This document shows positions 1 to 9,405 of a stretch of DNA of 64,000 nt, in pieces. This stretch comes from Nitrospira sp. Its GTDB lineage: Bacteria; Nitrospirota; Nitrospiria; Nitrospirales; Nitrospiraceae. The first letter of the stretch is position 1. Each line of letters opens with the position of its first letter. Where the stretch lies: contig AP038806.1 in NCBI GenBank assembly GCA_047150005.1, forward strand, positions 2,432,001 to 2,496,000. Reading direction: 5' to 3'. Below the pieces are notes generated by a model. The model worked only from the letters and a program-made list of their open reading frames with translations, ran no database searches and was not told the DNA's origin. Made by a program: the position numbers and the translations under genes.

Positions 1-626
1 TTATCGTGATGGTGCAGCAATCCAAGGCTCTCACCAAGCCTCTCGAAACACCGCCCGAGACCGCGGCTTTGGAGCGGCCTCACTTACGGGGCAGGCTGTC
101 GATCGTGTTGCCGAAGATTCAACGACACAGTGATCGCAGTACTCATGGCGAAACGCAGGCCGAACAGACCTCGAGTAATGCTGTTATATGGCGATTTGCA
201 AGCGCGTCGCGGGATCCTCGACATACATTTGAGGCCGGCTCGGCGCAGCACGTTCCCACTGGTGCGCTGGACAAAAATGGCTCTCCTACGGAGGGTGTTC
301 CAGCCGGTTCAGCGTCTGTTCTGCCCCTGGTGCAAGCGACAGACAGATCTGTTTCGGATTCCAGGCAGCCTACGATTCTGTGGAGAAGCGTCCTCCCGGG
401 AACCACGGATGACGCTCGCTTGCTCGATGGGCTCACCGGCCATCAGGGCTTCTCCGGTTCGCACGTCCCTCGTCCTGATCTGTCGTCAATGCACGAACTG
501 GCGGCTTCGGCACGGAGCGAAAAAGCTTCGCCTTCCGTCAACGTTGCGGAACTGGCTGAACAGGTCGGTCGATTGCTGACCAAGCAACTCGTAGTTGAGC
601 GTGAGCGGCGAGGAGTTAGTGTATGA
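1..626 (+). CDS. eCIS-associated low-complexity protein, probably 5'-truncated by the window edge
   Basis: Frame has no upstream stop inside the window. C-terminal 'VNVAELAEQVGRLLTKQLVVERERRG' resembles the tail of proteins preceding the LysM tube initiator in CIS loci. Stop overlaps the next ATG. Confidence 0.6.
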   Translation, partial: IVMVQQSKALTKPLETPPETAALERPHLRGRLSIVLPKIQRHSDRSTHGETQAEQTSSNAVIWRFASASRDPRHTFEAGSAQHVPTGALDKNGSPTEGVPAGSASVLPLVQATDRSVSDSRQPTILWRSVLPGTTDDARLLDGLTGHQGFSGSHVPRPDLSSMHELAASARSEKASPSVNVAELAEQVGRLLTKQLVVERERRGVSV

Positions 627-1279
627 GTGGCACAGGCCGGGCCATGCTGACTATCAAGCCGGAGAACGATGAGGCAATCGAGGTTCTGTTTAATCCGAAT
701 TCCTATTCTATTTCCAAGTCGGTCACTTGGAATGCTGATTCACCATCCGGTGGAAAAACCGAGACAAAGCGAGAGGTGAATGCGCCTCCGATCCAATTTG
801 GTGGCGGAGGCAGTCGACAACTCAGCCTTGAACTCTTTTTTGACGTCACGGAAAAGCCGGGCAAGGACGTGCGAGACGAAACACACAAGATTGCCGTGCT
901 GGCCCTGATCAGCCGCGATCTCACGCACCCTCCCAGGTGCGAAGTCCTCTGGGGACCACCGAAAGGGGACTTTCCGTTCAAGGGAGTCATTAGCAGCCTT
1001 ACACAGAAGTTTACTTTGTTCGATCAGAACGGCATGCCGATCAGAGCCACGCTGAGTGTCGTGTTTACTGAGTATCTGGATCCAAAAGACGACAAACGAC
1101 AGACTGATCCGGATTACACGACGTGGCTCATCAAACGTGGTGACACGCTGAGCAACGTTGCGGCACAGGTGTATGGGAACTCCGCGTTGTGGCGCACGAT
1201 TGCGGAACACAACGAAATCGACGACCCACTGCGGCTGGAGATTGGTCGCCGTTTGAGTATCCCAGAGATTGCGGCATAG
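623..1279 (+). CDS. CIS tube-initiator protein with C-terminal LysM domain (Afp7-like)
   Basis: 'VLFNPNSYSISKSVTW', 'LSLELFFD', 'FTLFDQNGMPIRAT' plus LysM 'IKRGDTLSNVAAQVYGNSALWRTIAEHNEIDDP'. Confidence 0.9.
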   Translation: MSGTGRAMLTIKPENDEAIEVLFNPNSYSISKSVTWNADSPSGGKTETKREVNAPPIQFGGGGSRQLSLELFFDVTEKPGKDVRDETHKIAVLALISRDLTHPPRCEVLWGPPKGDFPFKGVISSLTQKFTLFDQNGMPIRATLSVVFTEYLDPKDDKRQTDPDYTTWLIKRGDTLSNVAAQVYGNSALWRTIAEHNEIDDPLRLEIGRRLSIPEIAA

Positions 1280-1287
1280 GGTGAACC

Positions 1288-2358
1288 ATGGCGGGTCCGA
1301 GCGGCAATCAGCTTCTGGTGCCCACGTTTGACATCCTGGTGAATGCTCAACAGTTGGCTCAAAAGGATCGCGCGTATCTGGTTGAACTCGAGGTCGACGT
1401 GAGCGTGAACATCCCTAGTGTGGCTTCGCTGGTCATGGGAGGCGCGGATTCGCAACAAGAGGAGATCCCTTGGTTGGATGAAGACATGTTTGCCGTAGGT
1501 CGCTCTCTTGAGGTGAAACTTGGCTATAAGGATGAACTAGTGTCTGTAATGAAAGGCGAGATCACGGGTCTCGAGCCGGAATTCTCCGCCGCACACCGTC
1601 CTGCATTGCGTGTGAGAGGCTATGACCGGCGTCATCGCCTCATGCGCGGGGTTCAGACGCGTACGTTTGTGAAGATGAAAGACAGTGACATTGCACAACA
1701 GATCGCCGGCGAGGCGAATCTTACTCCGGATGTCGCAGACACCAAAATCACACATGAATATCTCTTTCAAGCTAACCAAACCAATATGGAATTTCTGCAG
1801 GAACGTGCCCGCTCCATTCAGTATGAACTGATCGTTGATGACAAGACCTTGCGATTTCGCCCAGTCTCCAATAAAGAGCGTGAGGTTGTGACGCTCACGA
1901 TGGAGCATGATCTCCTGGAGTTTTGCCCACGACTGACCTCCTTTCAGCAAGTGAGCACCGTCACCGTCCGTGGATGGAATCCCAAGGAGAAGCGAGAAAT
2001 AGTTGGGCGAGCGGGTGCTGGTGATGAAGAATCCAGGATGGGAGGAGAGCGCAGTGATACGGGCACAACCCCAACCGCGTTCGGCCGGCAAGTCGCGATG
2101 TTGGCCAACAGGTCGGTTCTGACCCAGGAGGAGGCGGACCAATTGGCCAAGAGCCGTTATAAGACTCTCGGCCTCTCATTAGTAACAGGTGACGGAGTGT
2201 GCTGGGGGCGAACCGATTTGCTTCCTGGGACTGTCATCAAAGTGGAAGGTGCAGGAAAGCGATTCGGGGGACAGTATTACCTGACATCGGTCCTGCATCG
2301 CTATTCGCCTCAGCGCGGATATCGCACACATTTTGAGTTCGAACGGAATGCTTCATGA
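1288..2358 (+). CDS. Phage late control D / VgrG hub (gp27-like) protein of eCIS
   Basis: 'RGYDRRHRLMRG', 'QANQTNMEFLQERA', 'VTVRGWNPKEK', 'GKRFGGQYYLTSVLH'; locus context. Confidence 0.9.
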   Translation: MAGPSGNQLLVPTFDILVNAQQLAQKDRAYLVELEVDVSVNIPSVASLVMGGADSQQEEIPWLDEDMFAVGRSLEVKLGYKDELVSVMKGEITGLEPEFSAAHRPALRVRGYDRRHRLMRGVQTRTFVKMKDSDIAQQIAGEANLTPDVADTKITHEYLFQANQTNMEFLQERARSIQYELIVDDKTLRFRPVSNKEREVVTLTMEHDLLEFCPRLTSFQQVSTVTVRGWNPKEKREIVGRAGAGDEESRMGGERSDTGTTPTAFGRQVAMLANRSVLTQEEADQLAKSRYKTLGLSLVTGDGVCWGRTDLLPGTVIKVEGAGKRFGGQYYLTSVLHRYSPQRGYRTHFEFERNAS

Positions 2359-2993
2359 AATTATTTGATTTGCTCACCGATGGTGAAAGTAGGACGACTG
2401 CCAACCGCCTGTTTGGAGTCGTCGTCGGCATTGTTACCAATAACCAGGATCCGGATGGAATGGGACGGATCAAGGTAAAGTTCCCGTGGCTGAATGACCA
2501 GAATGAGAGTCACTGGGCGCGGGTCTGCAGCCTGATGGCCGGCAAGGACCGGGGCGCGTATTTTCTGCCGGAACTTAATGACGAGGTTCTGATTGCTTTC
2601 GAACACGGAGACCGGCGGTTCCCCTATATTCTCGGAGGTCTCTGGAACGGGAAGGACTCCCCGCCGGCGACGAATGATGACGGAAACGACATCCGCCTCA
2701 TCAAGTCACGCAGTGGGCACGTGATCCGATTCAACGACAAGAACGGCAACGAGGCCGTAGAGATTACCGATAAGAACGGCAACAGCATTACATATGACAC
2801 GGCCAATAATTCGTTGACGATTACCACGAAGAAAGACATTACGCTTTCAGCGCCGCAGGGCGCGATCACCTTGGACGCCAGGACGGTCGAAATCAAGTCT
2901 TCAACACAAACCGTTCTGCAGGCGGCATCCACCATGGACGTCAAGGCGAATGCGACGATGACTATCAAGGGTGCGATGGTCAATATTAATTAG
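2355..2993 (+). CDS. Baseplate assembly protein V (gp5 OB-fold spike)
   Basis: 'GIVTNNQDPDGMGRIKVKFPWL...WARV...FLPELNDEVLIAFEHGD..FPYILGGLWNG'. Confidence 0.92.
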   Translation: MKLFDLLTDGESRTTANRLFGVVVGIVTNNQDPDGMGRIKVKFPWLNDQNESHWARVCSLMAGKDRGAYFLPELNDEVLIAFEHGDRRFPYILGGLWNGKDSPPATNDDGNDIRLIKSRSGHVIRFNDKNGNEAVEITDKNGNSITYDTANNSLTITTKKDITLSAPQGAITLDARTVEIKSSTQTVLQAASTMDVKANATMTIKGAMVNIN

Positions 2994-3004
2994 GTGTATG
3001 AATC

Positions 3005-3403
3005 ATGGGGCAACCGGCTGCCAAACAAGGTGACCGTATTACGGCCATGGACATCCATATCGTATTGGTGCCGTCTGCGACGGGAGCGGTTCCGACTCCG
3101 TTGCCGCATGCCTTTGCAGGAATCCTCAACGGCTCTCTCAGCGTGGATGTCAAGGTCATGGGCATGCCTGCGGCGACGGTTGGCAGCACAGCCGACAATA
3201 TGCCGCCTCATTTTCCGATGGCGCCAGGAACGAGTTTCTCAAGACCTCCCTTGAATCGTGCGACCATTCTTCGGGGGAGTTCCACGGTATTGATTAACGG
3301 AAAGATGGCGGCGCGTGCAGGCGATACGGCGATGACCTGCAATGACCCCGGCGACTTACCGTCCGGTACAGTGGTGGCAATGGGGACGGTTCTCATCGGA
3401 TGA
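3005..3403 (+). CDS. PAAR-domain spike tip protein
   Basis: 'PAAKQGD', 'PAATVG', 'GSSTVLINGKMAARAGD..TC'. Confidence 0.9.
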   Translation: MGQPAAKQGDRITAMDIHIVLVPSATGAVPTPLPHAFAGILNGSLSVDVKVMGMPAATVGSTADNMPPHFPMAPGTSFSRPPLNRATILRGSSTVLINGKMAARAGDTAMTCNDPGDLPSGTVVAMGTVLIG

Positions 3404-3435
3404 ATCCTAGAAGTACTATGCCGGCTGTGTGACAT

Positions 3436-3843
3436 ATGCCGAAGTCATTCCTAGGAATCGGATGCGACTTCCCAATGATCAAGCGAGAGCAGGGCACAGT
3501 CGCGTTTCGATTTGCCGAATATGAAGACAGTGTGGCCGTATCCATTCGGTTGATCTTGTCCACTGCAAAAGGTGAACGGGTCATGCGGCCGAACTTCGGT
3601 TGCGGGATACATGATCTGGTCTTTGCGGTCACCAATCAGGCGACCTGTGACCGTGCGGCATCCGAAGTGCGTGATGCACTTGCTCGCTGGGAACCGCGGA
3701 TTGATGTGGAAGAAATTCGCGTGTGGCCGTCAGAGGAAGGTACACACCTGTTCATCCATGTGCGCTATCAGATCCGGGCCACCAATAACGTGTTCAACTT
3801 GGTGTACCCCTTCTATCTCGAAGGCTATGAGGGACATACTTAA
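3436..3843 (+). CDS. GPW/gp25 baseplate wedge protein
   Basis: 'ILSTAKGERVMRPNFGCGI...ALARWEPRIDV...NLVYPFYL'. Confidence 0.92.
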   Translation: MPKSFLGIGCDFPMIKREQGTVAFRFAEYEDSVAVSIRLILSTAKGERVMRPNFGCGIHDLVFAVTNQATCDRAASEVRDALARWEPRIDVEEIRVWPSEEGTHLFIHVRYQIRATNNVFNLVYPFYLEGYEGHT

Positions 3844-6800
3844 CACAAGTCCTGTCGTTGATCGGCGAGGGGCAGAGCGAATCGCTGAACAGGTAAGCCA
3901 TGCGCTTGGTCAACGCATTGTGGATCTTGAACCGAGTGAGATGTCGAGGGCCTTGGTCGCTGCCTTCGCCCGGTATTGCGAAATTCTGATCGAGCGAATC
4001 AATCTCGCACCTCGCAAGGCGCTGTTGGCCTTTGTGAATCTATTAGGCATGTCCCCGCACCCCCCTCAGGCGGCTGTCGTCCCCTTGTCGTTTTCGGTAA
4101 CCCCAAAGTGCACTGAAGTGGTCCGCGTGCCGGCAAGGAGCCAAGTCGCGGGACCTGGGACGGCTGAGGGCGGACAGCCCATTGTTTTTGAAACGGAAGA
4201 GGATTTGTATGTGAGTCCGGTCACGCTCGAGTCAATTATCAGCCGCGATCCTCAACGTGATCGCTACGGAACTCTTTCACATTTGGCCGGTACAGTGACA
4301 GCAGCGGGAGTACGGTTGTTTGAGGCTTCACAACCGACAGATCACAGTCTGTATCTTGGCCATTCGACGTTGTTGTCACGACCTAGCCAAGAACTCTCTG
4401 TCCGGGTGGAGGTTCGTGAGCCCCAGGCGGCCGTTTCGATCGGGATGGATATCCGATGGGAAATATGGAAAGGCAAAGAATGGATGCCGGTCATTCCCCA
4501 GAGCGATGAGACGCACGGCTTGACGCGCAGCGGTCGCATCATCTTTCGTGCCATGCCCGGGTCATTGACCAAAGTGATTTCTGGTATGGCCGGTGCTTGG
4601 CTGCGCGGGCGACTGCTCACTCCTTTCATGAGGGACCAGGCTGCGGACTCTCAAGGACATTGGCTCGGTGAAACGGTACGCGTGAAACATATCATGCTTC
4701 AGGTTCGTAACCGTATAGATAACGCCGGCATCAAGCAGGCTTTCGTGAACCAGATCCCCCTGGATATGAGTAAGGAAGTGTATGTATTCGGAGAGAGGCC
4801 TCGATTTGGAGATGTTTTGTATGTCTCCCATGCCGAGGCGCTTGGGGCAGGAGGTGGACGGGTCTCCCTCCATGTTGAACTGCTCAATCCCCGAGGCGGC
4901 GGCCCGCATGGATCTATCCCCGAAACGTTTGCGTCCGACGACCTCAGTATTCAATGGGAAATCAGCGGCGCAGGAGAATGGAAAGTTCTCGGGACTTCCC
5001 ATGTCCAGCTTGTGACTGAGGACGCGGCCACTGAGTTTAGGGATGAGACGCAAGCGTTCACCAAGTCCGGTGATGTATCGTTCCTACTCCCCGTGGATAT
5101 TGGTCAGCAATCCATTAATGGCGTGAAGGCAGTCTGGGTGCGTGCAAGAATTCTTGCGGGTGATTATGGAAAGGAAGCCACCTATTACCCACGCGACCAG
5201 AATGCCCCTGACAAGGGATATCTATTGAAGCCGGCCACACTTGGGCCGCCGATCGTAAAAGCCCTCACAATTTCAAGGGAAAGTGTAAGCCCAGAAGAAG
5301 GACCCGAATCCGTCATCATCTGTAACGATTTCTCTTATCGGAACATGACTTCCACGTTGCAGGAAGGCGGTGCCGGTTTTGCGCCGTTCATTCCAATGGA
5401 AGGGGAAGCACCGGCCCTTCACTTGGGGTTTCGGGCCCCGGATCAAGCAGACTCGTTATCCGGCTATCCCTTGAATATGTATTTTCATTGTGATGATGAA
5501 ACGTCCGACCCGGAACATGGAATGGACACGCGACTCAAGTCCGGCTTGGCCTGGGACTATTGGAATGGAACCAACTGGAGCGCGTTGTCTGTGGTCGACC
5601 GCACCGATTCGCTCAGGCGGCCCGGAGTTGTTCGATTCGATGCCCCATCGGACTGGCAACTCTTAATAGAGTCTGACCAACAACAACCCTCGGTCGTCAC
5701 GGCCATGGCGGACCATTTGCAAAACTCTGCACAGGAACCGGGGGCTCGCAACGGAGGCCTTGTCCACCCACTCCATTGGATTCGCGCGCGAGCTTCTGAC
5801 GAGAGACTGTTGTCTCAGGTGCAGTGCCGGGGGATTGTGCTTCATACGGTGATGGCGCTGCATGCGATGACACTCCGTGAAGAAGTGCTTGGAAACAGCA
5901 ACGGAACTGTAGACCAATCATGTCGAACTCTGCGAACGCCGGTACTCCCGGGTCAAGTGTTGGAAGTCCGCGAAACGCATCGGAATGGCGACAAGGTGTG
6001 GGTCGAATGGAAATCCGTGGATCACTTCCTGCATAGCGGGCCGCAGGATCGCCACTATACGATCGATCGCCAGACCGGCATGATAACGTTCGGTGACGGC
6101 ACCAGGGGGGCTATTCCACCATCTGGCATCAACAATATCGTCATGAAGGAATATCGGATCGGCGGAGGCAGTGTTGGGAATGTACCGGTTGAATCAATGG
6201 TGCAGCTGCGCACGACGATGCCGTTCGTCCAGAAAGTCTTGAATCTCGTCCCGGCGTACTGCGGGGCGGACAGCGAATCTCTGGAAGTATTTGTGGGGCG
6301 GGCTCTGCGCGTCGTTCGGCACCGCAATCGAGCGGTGACCGCCGAAGATTATGAGGATTTGGCCCTCGCCGCATCTCCCCTGGTCGCGGGCGCTTACTGC
6401 GTTTCCTTTTATGATCTCGTTCATGACCCGTTGGCTCAAAGAAGGCGGTCGGGGGTATTGAGCCTCATCGTTCTCCCTTGTGTTGACTCTGAAGTGCCTC
6501 AGCCAGACAGAGCACTTCTTGAGTTGGTGCGCGCACACGTCACACGCTGTGCTCCTACCGGAATTGACGTCCGTGTGGTGCCGCCTCACTATGTCCCTGT
6601 GAACGTCGTCGTGCATGTCATCCTGCAACCTGACGCAGTGCCTGCCGAAGTCAGAAAAACAATCCAATCTGAGATCAGCCGGTTTCTTCATCCTCTGGCA
6701 GGCGGTTCGGACGGACGGGGTTGGCGGACTGGAAAATATCCTCCGAAATCATCACTGCACAGCCGGATCATGAAAGTGCCCCTGGTCCACCATATCCTGG

Positions 6801-6910
6801 GACTTAGCCTCGGTGTCGCCGACGAGGCCACCTCTTACGTGAGATCGGGTTTCTTCAACGTGTGTTCAGGTACCCATCGGATTGAATGCCATCCGCTTTC
6901 GGCTGGCTAG
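3827..6910 (+). CDS. Large baseplate J-like wedge protein (Afp11/12-like)
   Basis: Start moved to ATG 3827, overlapping the gp25 end. 'ITFGDGTRGAIPP', 'YRIGGGSVGNV', 'RHRNRAVTAEDYEDLA', 'FLHPLAGGSDGRGW'. Confidence 0.88.
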   Translation: MRDILNTSPVVDRRGAERIAEQVSHALGQRIVDLEPSEMSRALVAAFARYCEILIERINLAPRKALLAFVNLLGMSPHPPQAAVVPLSFSVTPKCTEVVRVPARSQVAGPGTAEGGQPIVFETEEDLYVSPVTLESIISRDPQRDRYGTLSHLAGTVTAAGVRLFEASQPTDHSLYLGHSTLLSRPSQELSVRVEVREPQAAVSIGMDIRWEIWKGKEWMPVIPQSDETHGLTRSGRIIFRAMPGSLTKVISGMAGAWLRGRLLTPFMRDQAADSQGHWLGETVRVKHIMLQVRNRIDNAGIKQAFVNQIPLDMSKEVYVFGERPRFGDVLYVSHAEALGAGGGRVSLHVELLNPRGGGPHGSIPETFASDDLSIQWEISGAGEWKVLGTSHVQLVTEDAATEFRDETQAFTKSGDVSFLLPVDIGQQSINGVKAVWVRARILAGDYGKEATYYPRDQNAPDKGYLLKPATLGPPIVKALTISRESVSPEEGPESVIICNDFSYRNMTSTLQEGGAGFAPFIPMEGEAPALHLGFRAPDQADSLSGYPLNMYFHCDDETSDPEHGMDTRLKSGLAWDYWNGTNWSALSVVDRTDSLRRPGVVRFDAPSDWQLLIESDQQQPSVVTAMADHLQNSAQEPGARNGGLVHPLHWIRARASDERLLSQVQCRGIVLHTVMALHAMTLREEVLGNSNGTVDQSCRTLRTPVLPGQVLEVRETHRNGDKVWVEWKSVDHFLHSGPQDRHYTIDRQTGMITFGDGTRGAIPPSGINNIVMKEYRIGGGSVGNVPVESMVQLRTTMPFVQKVLNLVPAYCGADSESLEVFVGRALRVVRHRNRAVTAEDYEDLALAASPLVAGAYCVSFYDLVHDPLAQRRRSGVLSLIVLPCVDSEVPQPDRALLELVRAHVTRCAPTGIDVRVVPPHYVPVNVVVHVILQPDAVPAEVRKTIQSEISRFLHPLAGGSDGRGWRTGKYPPKSSLHSRIMKVPLVHHILGLSLGVADEATSYVRSGFFNVCSGTHRIECHPLSAG

Positions 6911-6922
6911 AGAGAGGATCAC

Positions 6923-7834
6923 ATGCCGGTGCCGGTGCCGAACTTGGACGATCGACGCTTCGATGATCTTGTCCGGGAAGGACGGACGATAATTCCGCAG
7001 AAGGCACCCCGATGGACGAATCACAATCCTGCGGATCCTGGCATCACTATTCTTGAGCTGTTTGCCTACGTCGCAGAAATGCTGTTGTACCAAACGAACA
7101 GGATTACCGATCACCATCGACAACAGTTCTTGCGGATGCTTGTCGGCTCAGAATGTGAGTGGGCGATTGGGGAAACCACCAGCCAAAACATTGAGGAAGC
7201 GGTCCGCCGGCTCGATGATGGCGAGCGGGCGGTCACGTGTGACGATTATGCGCGACTGGCACAGGCGGCGGATCCGAATGTTGCTCGGGCGCAGTGTATT
7301 CCAGGTATTGATCTGACCTCGGCAATTCCGGTCCCACAACCTAACCATGTGAGTGTCTTGATTATTCCGCGGAGTGCAGCACAAAGGCCGCTTCCCAGCC
7401 CGGACATGCTCCAACGAGTTCAAGATGCGTTGGGCAGGCGAAAGCTCTTGGCAACTCATGTGCATGTGGCGGCACCACGGTATGTTCCTCTGCGCGTGAG
7501 CCTCAGCGTCGTTGCCAAGGGGGTCACGGCTGAGGAACAGTTTCGAGAAGACATTGCGAAGGCGATACGGGGATTTCTGGATCCTGTGACAGGCGGGGAA
7601 TCAGGTTCCGGATGGCCGGCGGGGCAAGCGTTGTACTTGTCTGGATTCCTGAGGCGATTACATGCCATGCCTCACGTGGAATATGTCGATCCCGAAACAA
7701 TGATTCTGGAAACAGATCCATTTCGTATCCGGCGAGGTGACGACGGTGAGGTAGTTTCCGTGGCATTGCGGCCGGACGAATATTTTGTGCCCGAGGTAAG
7801 TAAGGACACCATACAGGTCTCGCAAGGGATGTAG
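6923..7834 (+). CDS. Second, short baseplate J-like protein
   Basis: 'PNLDDRRFDDLV...WTNHNPADPGITILELFAY', 'RAVTCDDY', 'FLDPVTGG..GWP'. Confidence 0.88.
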   Translation: MPVPVPNLDDRRFDDLVREGRTIIPQKAPRWTNHNPADPGITILELFAYVAEMLLYQTNRITDHHRQQFLRMLVGSECEWAIGETTSQNIEEAVRRLDDGERAVTCDDYARLAQAADPNVARAQCIPGIDLTSAIPVPQPNHVSVLIIPRSAAQRPLPSPDMLQRVQDALGRRKLLATHVHVAAPRYVPLRVSLSVVAKGVTAEEQFREDIAKAIRGFLDPVTGGESGSGWPAGQALYLSGFLRRLHAMPHVEYVDPETMILETDPFRIRRGDDGEVVSVALRPDEYFVPEVSKDTIQVSQGM

Positions 7835-7836
7835 CC

Positions 7837-8457
7837 ATGTCTTCTACTGCATCAGCACCGTCAGGGCTTCTGACCCGCTTACCTGCAGTGTTTCAAGGGG
7901 TAAAGGAGGAAGATCGCTTGTTGAGAGAGTTCCTTGCTCCGTTCGAGGAGATTGTCTTCGGTCACGAAGGTCTACATTCGACCATTCTGTCTCTGCCTGA
8001 TCTCCTTGATGCGCGCAAGGCGCCGCCCGAGTTTCTCTCTTGGTTGAGCTCATGGATGGGCACAACACTCTATCGCCGGTTGTCCGAGGACAAACAGCGC
8101 GAGTTCGTCGCGAATGCCGCCGATTACTATCGGTATCGAGGAACGCTCCATAACGTACAACGGTTATTGAAGTTGTTTACTGGCTTCGAAGTTCAAGTAG
8201 AGGAACCGGACTTTCCCATGTTTCAGGTCGGCCTCAATTCTACAATCGGTGGCGGGACATATATCGAAGGTGGTCCCCCGTACGCGTTTGCGGTCATAGT
8301 CAAGGTCCCTCAAATCACGAGAAGCGGTGATGATGAAGGTAGGAGTCGCGAGGATCGTATTCAGCGATTAGCGCGAGAGGTGATCGACCACGAGAAACCA
8401 GCTCATACGACCTATGATTTGCAGCTGTTACCCGGAAGCGATACGGCTATGGTATGA
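7837..8457 (+). CDS. Phage tail protein I-like baseplate protein
   Basis: 'LPAVFQ', 'APPEFLSWLSSWMG', 'YRYRGT', 'IDHEKPAHT'. Confidence 0.85.
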   Translation: MSSTASAPSGLLTRLPAVFQGVKEEDRLLREFLAPFEEIVFGHEGLHSTILSLPDLLDARKAPPEFLSWLSSWMGTTLYRRLSEDKQREFVANAADYYRYRGTLHNVQRLLKLFTGFEVQVEEPDFPMFQVGLNSTIGGGTYIEGGPPYAFAVIVKVPQITRSGDDEGRSREDRIQRLAREVIDHEKPAHTTYDLQLLPGSDTAMV

Positions 8458-8527
8458 CGCCCAAGCCACCACCTTCTTGACACCCGCAAGGTGGAAGTCG
8501 CGTTAGCGTGAGGATAGAGGGTCGGCT

Positions 8528-9391
8528 ATGGACAAAGCAATGAAGCGGATCAATTTCTTTAAGGGCTTCGCCACTACTGCCCAGGACTGGCAGGCAGCAG
8601 AAGCCTATCATATTGAAAAAAGGAAGCTCCATAACCAGTATTTTCATGCTCCCGGCGTGATCCTGGAATGTTTGAAGGGACTCGCTGTCATGGCGATAAA
8701 GGAGGGAAGCGCACTTCGCGTCGAACCAGGGATGGCACTGGATGGAGAGGGTCGAGAACTGTACCTGCCTCAACCGATCGATCTAGACGTGAACCTGCGA
8801 CAATATCGAGGGACAACAATTTATGTGGCCATCGAGTATGGGGAACAGCCGGTCGAGCACCGACCGAATAAGTTCAACTCGGACTATGAGGGGCATGCCT
8901 TTATCGAGGAACTTCCGGCCGTCACGATCGCCAGAGACCAACCGGACAACAAGCTCAAACTCGAACTCGCGCGAGTCGACCTCACGCCAGAGGTGACATC
9001 CATTAAAGATCCAGCGGATTCTTCCTGGCCTGGAAGGAATGAAATCGATCGCCGCTTTATCAGAAAAACGGGACGATTCCAAGCGCACTTAGAAGACGTG
9101 GCCGATGTCGTGAGCGCAGGGACCACAACCGTATCAGGGAATGGAACGACTCTCATTCTGATTCAGCATGATCAGCCGCTGGGCGTGGAGCACTGTTATG
9201 TCCCAAGTGTTTCTCCAGTGGAACTAAAGAGTGACGTAGACGTTCTACGGCGAGGCCATGAGAACCAAGGCGTATCTTGGAAAATACTTCTCCGATGGAA
9301 GGAAAACAACCAGATTGCTTACCAGCTTGAGATTGCCAATAGCTCACCTGTCGACATGCTGGTAGCATACAAGGTCTACCGATTTAGATAG
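8528..9391 (+). CDS. CIS tail-fibre base / baseplate-attachment protein (short)
   Basis: N-terminus 'KRINFFKGF.TTAQDWQA..YH..KRKLHN...PGV...GLAV....LRVEPGMALDGEGREL' matches fibre-attachment N-termini in CIS loci. Confidence 0.7.
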   Translation: MDKAMKRINFFKGFATTAQDWQAAEAYHIEKRKLHNQYFHAPGVILECLKGLAVMAIKEGSALRVEPGMALDGEGRELYLPQPIDLDVNLRQYRGTTIYVAIEYGEQPVEHRPNKFNSDYEGHAFIEELPAVTIARDQPDNKLKLELARVDLTPEVTSIKDPADSSWPGRNEIDRRFIRKTGRFQAHLEDVADVVSAGTTTVSGNGTTLILIQHDQPLGVEHCYVPSVSPVELKSDVDVLRRGHENQGVSWKILLRWKENNQIAYQLEIANSSPVDMLVAYKVYRFR

Positions 9392-9405
9392 TGTAGGGTA
9401 CTATC

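Noticed and set aside
3572..3826. N-terminal extension of baseplate J in the ORF track
   Set aside because: Overlaps gp25 in another frame; ATG 3827 gives a normal short overlap.
5284..5310. TGTAAG hexamer inside the baseplate gene
   Set aside because: No CGAC at the 16-nt spacing and it lies in coding sequence.
1..9391. Prophage or T6SS interpretation of the tail genes
   Set aside because: No capsid, terminase or TssJLM/TssK genes in view; gene set and order match eCIS. The upstream flank is unseen.
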